Shown here in pieces: positions 54,532 to 64,000 of a DNA stretch of 64,000 bases. The stretch comes from Eledone cirrhosa (lineage: Eukaryota), in assembly GCA_964016885.1 (NCBI GenBank), contig OZ024740.1, forward strand, positions 329,034,001 to 329,098,000. The letters are read 5' to 3'. The notes under the pieces were generated by a model, which saw nothing but the letters and a program-made list of their open reading frames with translations, had not been told where the DNA came from and did not search any database. How positions within the stretch are numbered: the first letter of the stretch is position 1; every line of letters begins with the position of its first letter. The position numbers and the translations under genes were made by a program.

Positions 54532-56263
54532 AGGTGTGATTGCACTTCAGAAAATTAAATAAAGCAATTATTTACCAAAAACATTTTTATACAATTAAAA
54601 CCATTTAACGAAGTCGTCCCTCAACTAACATTAACCGACTTTTTCTCATATTGCAATTAACTGCTCTTAAGCAGAATAAATATTTTTGACTGTTATAGAG
54701 GACCTACCTGATATTATTGATGTCTTGCTTATTTATTGGGTGGTTGATTTTTATGAACAATTTAGCACCAAACTGTAATTCTTATTTTAGTTATTTCATA
54801 CTGAGTAAGCATAGTTTGCTATCGGATCAATTAAAATTACTATATTTGTATAATTGTCAGCAGCGTGAATCATTTATTCTATATTACCATAAAGCGTTTA
54901 TTTTCGTTTGCTTTTAGTTACATCTCTTCACAAGTCGATGGAATTAAACTCTAGTAATGCTTATCATGTAGTGGAGAATATATAACCATTCTCTAAAAAA
55001 TTAACTGTTTTTTGTCATGATTTTTTATGTATTTCTTTAGTCTTTTATATGAAATTCTTACACGTGTGCGTGACCAGACGATTTCCATTGCTACTTTATT
55101 GTTGAATAAATGTTGTTGAGTCAGTCGACACTATGATTTGTTCATATATTGTTGGAGTAACCGAAAAATGCATAGAAACCTTTAGAGGTTTTCTTGAAGC
55201 TTGTTTCTGCTGGTTGTGACAACGTGTCATACATATCCCGAAATGATTTGTAGTAACCTGTATATCATGACTTCTATTTCAGTACTATTTCTCTCGTTAA
55301 CGTTGAATAACTCTAATTCCTTGAAGTTGGCAACATTCTATAATTTTCCTACTAATCTGTAATTTTCGAAATCAGGTAGACCACTGATATGCAATTAATG
55401 TACGTGGTTCTACTTACACAGCTGATGAAATTTACATCTATAGTTTGGAATTGGCAAACAAAACAAATTACCTCCACACTTATCCATTTTCAGGATTATA
55501 GATTCGTTAGGTATTCTTTGTTGATAAATGAGATATTGAAATCATTTTACTAACCGCTAAGTGTCTACAACGTGTAGCTGTTGAACGTGAGCCATTTGTA
55601 ATTCCAATTTTCTCCTTTTGTCGTTATCCTTGACGACCAGCCAAACATAAGGGTTTTAATAACCATTTCAAATATGCTTCGAAGCATTCTGCATGCGCTC
55701 CGGGTAGTTCCATGCCGTATTTTATATGCTTCACTTCATTCTGATAAAACCTATCACGAAGTTTGGTTTCTAGCCAAATACCTCAATCTCATCATTAAGA
55801 TATTTTTCTTATCATTTCTTCATTGATCTACAAAAGTCAATCCTATGACTTTACTCCTAACACAAATATTCTAGTACACATTTTTTCCCTCGTCTGGCTA
55901 GTCTTCCAATACAGCGTTTTCATTATATTCAAGTAAGCACGTACAGTTGTTTAGATAACTAAAGAAATTTTATTTAGACTTACATGTCACTTGTTTGAAT
56001 AAAGCCACCATATGTATAAAGCATGTTGACTAGTGGCTGCTTCTACTTATTTGCAAACTTTGTCTCTGACGTAATTAAAGTAATATCGGTATAGCCAGGA
56101 TATATATCGTGTTACAGTTAAAATATAATATTTCCCATTTCCACTTATACTCAAGTGTTTATTTTAGATTTTATTATGAATATCAGCCGAATCAGCTGGG
56201 ATTTACATACAACTATGCATTCGGTTTAATGTACCATATTTAGTCATCCTATCTTTCTTACTT

Positions 56264-56298
<35 letters not shown>

Positions 56299-56694
56299 CT
56301 CCCCCTGACTCTCTGTATGTGGATGTGCACGCGTGTGTATGTGTGACTTTCGGTGACAAATAATAATGCATGTATATTACTATTATTTAAATACATTCTC
56401 ATCTATGTTAATACTTAATTTGTTTAGTATATAATAAAATGTATTCTAACCATAACAATTCCAACTTTTCCATGCGAGTGTACCCGAATAATATTATGTG
56501 TGTGTTCCTTGTGCTTGCACCAATAGAACTTCAAATTGCAATAAAATCTAAATTAGCAGAATGGTTTTAACAAAATTTGAGAATTTAACCTTAGGCACAT
56601 TTGGTAGAAGACTGTATAATGTATTCCGGCGTGGTAAAGTGTTGCTTTATTGGAACTTTATCTACTCTGTGTCTGTGTGTGTTTATGTGTGTAG

Positions 56695-56783
<89 letters not shown>

Positions 56784-57766
56784 CTTTTCTTTTTATTACA
56801 GCGAAGAAGTTTGGCTTGGGAGTAAATTGTATGCTCTTTCTAGAAGATCGTTCGATCAGGTGGATGCCGCACTATAGGCTCTACCTAACTCCATTTGTAA
56901 ATATTCGTATACAGTTGTCGAGCAGCATGATGGATTATTTCTCTTTCTGTGATCTATATCTGAAATTGGGCATGAAAGATACTTGTATTGTAATATCAGA
57001 TATCGGATATGAAAGCCAGTTAACAAATTTGTACAATCATGCAATAGTTACCTCCGTTTATAATATTAATTTCTATTGTAATTTATGCTACAAATTAAGT
57101 GACATGCCGGAATAACGCGTTCTGTAAATATAACTCATGTAAAAGCAAAACCTACAGCGTAATCTATCTGAATAAAATCTCCATCACTTTAAGATAAATT
57201 AATATGAACTGAGTTGAAGTTATATTAATATATCCACGAAATATCCGGCCCATGAATTCAATATGTTTATGCATTTATAGGTATCATATAGCAAATAAGA
57301 GACTATCCAATCTAAATATGATATCCGTCTATTGTCAGTAACATTTCCAGAATTCGGGTCTATGTAATATATAGTAAACAATGGAACACAGAAAGACGAT
57401 ACTAAGACGGAATATTGCAAAGATTGTGAATAATGTTTTAACGCTCTTAAGAAGAGAGCAAAAGTAAATATCTAACGTTTCGGCCTATGCTTCCTTCAGG
57501 AAAATCACATGAACAGATACGTAAAACTAGGAAACATGAGAAAACTGTGAAACCGGAAAAAAAGTAAAATGTGTTTACATATTTAGAGTTTCAAGGCCAG
57601 AAGTGTTTGGCATGCTAAGCGTGACTCTATGACAAAAAGGGGTATGGTAGACTAATATTATCCGTATATGCACACAATCACATGAACACAAATCCCCCCC
57701 TCTCTCTCTCCCTCACACACAAACACACACACTCGCACAAGCATATGTACACACACACACACACAC

Positions 57767-57805
<39 letters not shown>

Positions 57806-57965
57806 TATATTGTCAAAGCTCTTTTGTCACACATTCTGTGTTCTCCTCAGTGACTGATTTCTTATTTTGTGTCCCTCCTTTGTTCTGTCGTACACAATCT
57901 TGGTGTAGAACATAACAAAAGAGGGACACTAATATATACATATATACCTATACATTTATATACCC

Positions 57966-58022
<57 letters not shown>

Positions 58023-58233
58023 AGAATAGAGGTGTAACACACGAATTATGATATATTGGTAAAAGGAAAAGAAAATGGTGACAAATTGTTCCCAGTGAAA
58101 AATAGTTTAATTAGGAATAAATAAAAATTAGTAATAGTATTGGTTAGTATTCAGTTTTGGTTTTAAGTTTTACCGGTAGCGCATTTCTAATGCTTTTCAA
58201 AAATAATTTTGAGATAGAGCGCCCATGATGTTT

Positions 58234-58321
<88 letters not shown>

Positions 58322-58324
58322 CCC

Positions 58325-58357
<33 letters not shown>

Positions 58358-58359
58358 AA

Positions 58360-58730
58360 CGGAAAAAATGAAACGAAATTTCATTTCCCACTGTTAGTAC
58401 GGCTGTTACTTAAATATAAGTATGTACACGTACATACATATATGTATACAGACGTACAGTAGTGTGTATATATATATACATACATGCACACATATATATA
58501 TGTACGTATGGATTCACCGAACATTTATTATACTGCTCGGTGTGTTTGTAAACAAACATCCCGTATTAAGCCGTAGTGTCTAGCAACCATCGCTGCTCGT
58601 TTGTTCAACACTGACAAAGCAACGCTGTACTAGTTTCAAGCTTATTAGCCATCATCAGCAACGTATACCTTCGTCAGCAACGTATACCAACATATACCAT
58701 CGTCAGCAACGTATACCAGCAACGTATACC
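58360..58730 (-). mobile_element. Copy of the 24100-24430 repeat with HHR at 58622-58664 and stuttered 5' half-ribozyme
   Basis: Minus strand ACGTTG-CTGATGA-TGGCTAATAAGCTT-GAAA-CTAG-TA-CAGCGT. CAGCAACGTATACC is repeated four times at 58656-58730. Confidence 0.85.
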
Positions 58731-59199
58731 TATATATATATACATATATATATATAGCTATATTTGGGGATGGTGAAGTTGCCAGTTTTGCTAATAAAAA
58801 CACACACAGCTTTATTAACACTAGTCATTGCCTATTGATTATTTCATGCAAGCTCTTTCGTCATACATTCTGTGACCTCCCCAATAACTATTTGTTCTTC
58901 TTTTCTGTGTCTCCTGTTCTTTCTGATTTATTTTATTTACTCCATCTTGTCTTTCTCTCTCTTTAAATACATACGCATACATACACCCATATACATTTGC
59001 AAATACACACTCGCATGCATACACGCACACTCGTACATAATCATGCAAGCAAAGATATAGGTTAAGCGTATGAGTGTTATATCGCATTTGTGTGTATCTG
59101 GTAAGTTGGTGCAGGAACTGGGATTGTGTAATATCTCAATGAGATGTGAAAGTTTGGAGAACGAATATGTGTTGTTGCTCTAGCTGAAGCCTTGACTAT

Positions 59200-59600
59200 T
59201 ACGTGACGTATTGTAATGTCAGTCGTAACACGCTCAGGTACCTCATGGAATTGTGGAAAGGTGACCTCAGACGTTGGAATCCTTATAGAGTTCCATATTA
59301 TGGAGATATTTCATGATTCGTTCTGCTAACTGGGGACCAATCAAGCGTGTGTATGAGGTGTTACACAAAGAGCATTGAAAGCAGTACACTTTCTTGGTGC
59401 TCGTGCTGTTGATAGTGTCAGAAATATTGAACGTACAGGATAGAGTTTCATTTTGCTAACTCTTGCCAATCATCTTCTGTCACTCGTCCTGTTTGCATTG
59501 ATGAAGAAACAAAGTTTGCCGAATTATAGGACAATCGAATAATATTTAAATGTTGAAGATTTTCACATATTTCTATGTATAACTATTTTGTGGACGTGAC
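59200..59600 (-). mobile_element. Ancient Neptune-like GIY-YIG relic
   Basis: Minus strand FNISDTINSTSTKKVYCFQCSLCNTSY...QLAERIMKYL...V*GHL parallels F.VN..MNC.TKNLIYC..C..C..YYIGET..L..R...H of the 45457-46134 ORF. Confidence 0.5.
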
Positions 59601-60584
59601 CAGTGGTAAGTTTTGCTTTGTGTTCACCTTACTGACTCCAATGGAAAACCCACACAACAAAACGAAATGAAATGAAAATAAGCAAGGGGGACACGTTCTA
59701 ACGATATAATAATATTGGGGTTAAATAGAGAAATGTATAACTGGATACGACCCTTTTTGTCTTCTTGAGAACTTGATCCTTTTGCTCCATATCAGTTTCT
59801 AAGAAAATAAGAAAAACTGTTTCTGACTTTTATCCTTCGTAGGATCATTAAACACATTTATAATACAAATACCTCATTCAGCGTGTTTACTATCGCTAAC
59901 AAAACCAGCACTGAACCAACAATGTTATGAAGCTAAGAACCAACAATGCAATAGACCTTGCATTAGAAACTTATTGTAAACGCATTATCTTGTGGAATTA
60001 TCAAAACAAACATAGAAAAGCACACCTCATCAACGTGATATCAAACAATTATTTGTACGAACAATGAAAACAAATCACCAAAGTAAAATTATTTCTGTGT
60101 ACTTAGTTTAAGATTAATTTCTTTCTCATTTTCTATCCTATAAATGGTAAAAAAGTCTCCAGCATGAACAAAGACGAAAACGGATAAAGAGCCCCGCGAG
60201 TTGGAGTGGGTTTTCCAGCTCGTCTCCCTTGCAGTCCTCTGGGGAAACGCCTTCTCCATTCTGTCAGCCGAGGCTGTGGGTGGGCTCCATCGCGTACCGT
60301 TGTAGTTGTTGTATACAGATATTAACTCATCAATTCCAATTCTAGAAACAATAAGAATTGCATCTAAGCCATAAAAGTAAAGCTCATGCTATCAACAAGT
60401 ATTGGAGTATTTTTTTTCTTTCTGATTTTGACATGCCGTTCAAAAAGCGCCAAACAGTGCAACCTTTAACTCGCTTGAGTAGCTGTTATGTTAAATTGAT
60501 TCATGGCGCAATTAATATGATTTGTTTCAACGAATATATGTTTCCCTACATATATATGAAATACACTACTGTGCTGTCGTCGGG

Positions 60585-61050
60585 TCGTGTGAGTTTGCGA
60601 CTTAGGAAATGAGAGATTTGGCTTCAGGATCGAGAGCAAGTTTGGTACCTGTGTGTGAAGCAAAAGAATGTGTGGATTAAAAGGTGACTTATGTTATTGG
60701 CACGCTGGAACGCGTGAAGAATTTGGGGAGAGGAGAAGGATGGTGTAATCAGACAGGAGGAGGCGGGACGAGGTGGGCTGGTAGGTGACAGATACAAAGA
60801 GAAGATTTGTTGTGTGAGGTAGGCTAGACGAAGGGGATGGTATACACGTCAAACCATGCGTTAGGGAGTGGAGATCAAATTCCTGGTCTCGGCTGCATGT
60901 TGACGGAGACGGTGAAATTGTGGGGTAAATATTGCCGGTTAGATGTCCCTAATTTGAGAAATAGTGAAATCAAGGTAGTAATGAAAGTCGGTAGATTTGT
61001 GGAAGGTGAAGATGAAAAGGGTATAGTTTGGAAAGAAGGATCGAAAGTGC
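60585..61050 (-). mobile_element. Ancient Neptune-like RT thumb/linker relic
   Basis: Minus strand HKSTDFHYYLDF (KPTD..YL), PQFHRLRQ (SQF.RLRR) and QRANNISHLLIH (R..NL...L). Confidence 0.55.
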
Positions 61051-61369
61051 TATTGAAGAAAGGAAACAGTTGTTATGCCATATAGTAACTTTGCAAAGGT
61101 ATAGGACTAAATGTTTGTGGCTTTATTAATACTGCATTGTTCTTGTCTAATATTCTTGATAATGGGTATGTGTATATGGTTATACATACATATATGCATA
61201 CATATGTATTTACATACGTACGTATATACATACCTACATACATACACATATAAATAGTTAATAATAGATAAGAAAAATACAGAGATGCAAAAACACAAAG
61301 TCTTAGGTTTACGTCTGACAAGAAGTAAATGAGGAAGTAAGTCTGAAAATTTGGATATATATATATATA

Positions 61370-62198
61370 TATATAATTGGCAATTTAGTAAAATCGAATC
61401 TCTGGCGGTTTGCAAGCAAATTCGGCTTAATTATATGAAATGATGAGTTAGCAAACCACTCGATAAGTTAGGTCCTTAGAGTAATAACATACGTTTAAAT
61501 AGCTTGACAAATCGAACATTGTGGTAGGCAAAATCTAACACACAATAATATACCAAAGTAACGATAGAACTAACAGGTTGAGAAAAATACACCTGGACAA
61601 ATCAAACGATTATACGTTTAAAGTGTTCCGAAATCAACTATCAGACTTATGTGACTGGCAAGCTCGTGGTGTTCATGATCGAACGGAGGATTCAGTTTTT
61701 CAACAGGCTTTTCGTTCTACCCAGAACAGGGGTGATAGGCTAAATGTTGCTGCTAAATGCAGCGTATCGTATCTATAGCTCTCACGTGTTAATTCCAGCA
61801 AGAGAAATAACCCCCAGTTTTTGGCTGGTCATTCAAAATGTTAGACAAAGGAAATATTTTAATTTCCGCTAATCATCATGATAAGCTCTCGACTAGATGT
61901 TATAAAACAAACACAAATAATTAACCAATCAACAGAATTGACTAATTACATTAATTAATTAATTATTAAATCTAGGAGAATAATATAATTGGAAATTTAG
62001 TTAAATCGAATCTCTGGCGGTTTGCAAGCAAATTCGGTCTACTTATATGAAATGATGAGTTAGCAAAGCACTCGATAAGTTAGGTCCTTAGAGTAATAAC
62101 ATACGTTTAAATAGCTTGACAAATCTAACATTGTGGTAGGCAAAATCTAACACACAATAATATACCAAAGTAACGATAGAACTAACAGGTTGAGAAAA
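61370..62198. repeat. ~215-bp near-identical direct repeats (61370-61588, 61984-62198) around a ~400-bp spacer
   Basis: AATCGAATCTCTGGCGGTTTGCAAGCAAATTCGG...GAACTAACAGGTTGAGAAAAA appears twice. Confidence 0.92.
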
Positions 62199-62979
62199 AA
62201 AATATATATAGAGAGAGAGAGAGTGAGAGAGAGCAAGAGTTGGAACAACGGACATTGGAAGGTTAGAAACAAATATTAAGAGGCGGCTACTTGAGTAGAA
62301 CGGCGTTCGGGTGTGTGAATCAAAGCGGTTTGTGTATCGTTAATGGAAGTATGCATGTGTGTATATCTGCGTGTATCAGTGAATTTTCTAAACAAATTTT
62401 TGTGAACATGCGTTTACACATTTCAGTGAGTGACACATGTGTGTCTGTGATGTGTACATGTGCATTGGGTGAAATTATGCGGTTATATGTTTGTGCATGC
62501 AGGTGTGTTTATGCATGCTATTGCATAAGCTTATAACACTGTCTGTATCTGAGGCCTGCAGGAAGGAATAGTGTGTGGCGGTCAAAGATGGGCTATTTCA
62601 GGAAGTTAGTGGTTTTATGTGTGTACTGATAGAAAAGGGATCTATTTTTGATGTTTAAGTTTGCCGTGTAGCATAGTTGGTCATGTTTGTACAATTAGGT
62701 AATTAGTAGCGTTAGTAAAATTAAATGTGTATATTTATCTATGGTCTTGTTGATGCGTTTATATATGTGTTTGTGTTTTTTGCTGGATTTGTTGTAGTGT
62801 GCTTTGGATAATTCGTGTGTGTTGTGTGAGTGACCTGTTGATATCATTAATTAGTTAATTAGAAGCGTTAATAAAATTAGATGTGCGTCTATGATCAGGT
62901 TGATGTAACTAATTAATTAGTTGGTGTATGCATGTGTTTTATTCGTATCTATGTGTGATAGTATGTCTATGTACGTGAG

Positions 62980-64000
62980 TGAGTGGGTGTGTTGGCGAGG
63001 TTGTAGTACACGTGTGTTGATGTGAGAGGTAAGTATTCGCTAAAGGAAGAGGGGTGTGGAATTAAGGCCATGTCCAGTAAAAGTTGGAAAAGAAAAAAAT
63101 ATAGCTGTATTTCTCTCCTCAAGTTCGAGTCCCGGGTTCCAGGGCAAGCGAAAAAAAAAAGCGAAATATAGGTGTTGAAGGGACTCCCCTGCAGTCGGTG
63201 GAAGAGAAATAGGATCGCCCTCTGGAGGGGCAAAGTTGAGTGATGGTATGTACGGGGGAATGGTAGTTGGTTTTGAGAAGTGATGGCGTGGTGTGAGGGC
63301 AGTGGTGTGGTCGACTTCAAGGGCACAAGTGAGGGTGGTTTAGACCAGGGTGGGTGATAATGAATCTGCATTTTGATGTCATGGTATCGACATTACAGAC
63401 GGCGGAATGTTTGAGAGTAGGAGAAGGAATGTTTGATATGATTGAGGTGTGAGGAAGAGACATCGAGATAGGATTAGTGATCGCTTGGTATGCAAATGCA
63501 GAACTGATGAGGGAACTATCGGAGAGATCAATGGAGACAGACATGTCCTGGAAGTGAACGGAGATGGAAATGGTAAAGTCAAATGCGGGGTGAAAGAAAC
63601 TGAGAAAAGAGAGAAATGAGACGAGATGCTTCTGGGTGAGTGAGTTGGCACCGACACCGTCGATATAACTGCCGTATTGATGGAAAGAAGGGAGGAATTT
63701 AACTGGCAGAGTTTGGTAAAGATGAAGAAATTGAAAATTGGTGTTTAAGATGTTGGACGAAGAGCAGGATTGAATGTACTAAGAAAGAGTGGCAGTTGGA
63801 AAAGGGAAGAAGAATAATTTGAGGATGTTGCGGTTGATAATGCGGATCATGGAGAGGTTGGAGCGGATGGTTGCATGCATGAAAATACGGGAGGATCGGC
63901 TGAATATGTGTTCGATAGAGGGGGACGAGTGGGTTGTGGGCTCGAAGTGTAGGGAAAAATCTCTGTGATGATATGGAGGTGAAGGCAGTGGATGAGGAAA
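62980..64000 (-). mobile_element. Possible degraded 5' part of a Neptune-like PLE ORF
   Basis: C/T-rich minus strand with FLIHCL...I and VP....L....RSLILSRCL.LTP remnants resembling the PLE N-terminal LS.GL.F.P region. Confidence 0.35.

Noticed and set aside
55000-56050. Possible ancient LINE endonuclease/zinc-knuckle remnant on the minus strand
   Set aside because: Only scattered 3-4 residue resemblances, insufficient without an HMM search.

Overview
AT-rich, repeat-saturated animal genomic DNA, probably intronic or intergenic. The SINE families and extreme (TA)n/(CA)n load suggest an octopus-like cephalopod (inference). No host protein-coding gene can be called with confidence, and most ORF-track entries are microsatellite translations. 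The real coding content is retroelements. (1) A head-to-head inverted pair of a very young Penelope-like element (PLE; RT + C-terminal GIY-YIG, Naiad-like motifs) at ~32035-39305. (2) A Neptune-like PLE with ~200-bp terminal direct repeats at 43544-49105, carrying an extra helical ORF1 joined to RT at a TTTTTTAG frameshift-type junction. (3) Older PLE relics, RTE-clade LINE 3' fragments, tRNA-derived SINEs and one clean non-autonomous Helitron. The most striking hidden layer is about ten complete or near-complete type-I hammerhead ribozyme (HHR) motifs plus several half-motifs. They all have palindromic stem III, several have 60-100 nt stem II insertions, and one has a long bulged stem I. They mostly lie in short fold-back elements inserted in (TA)n tracts. 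All structure calls were made by eye and need computational and biochemical confirmation.
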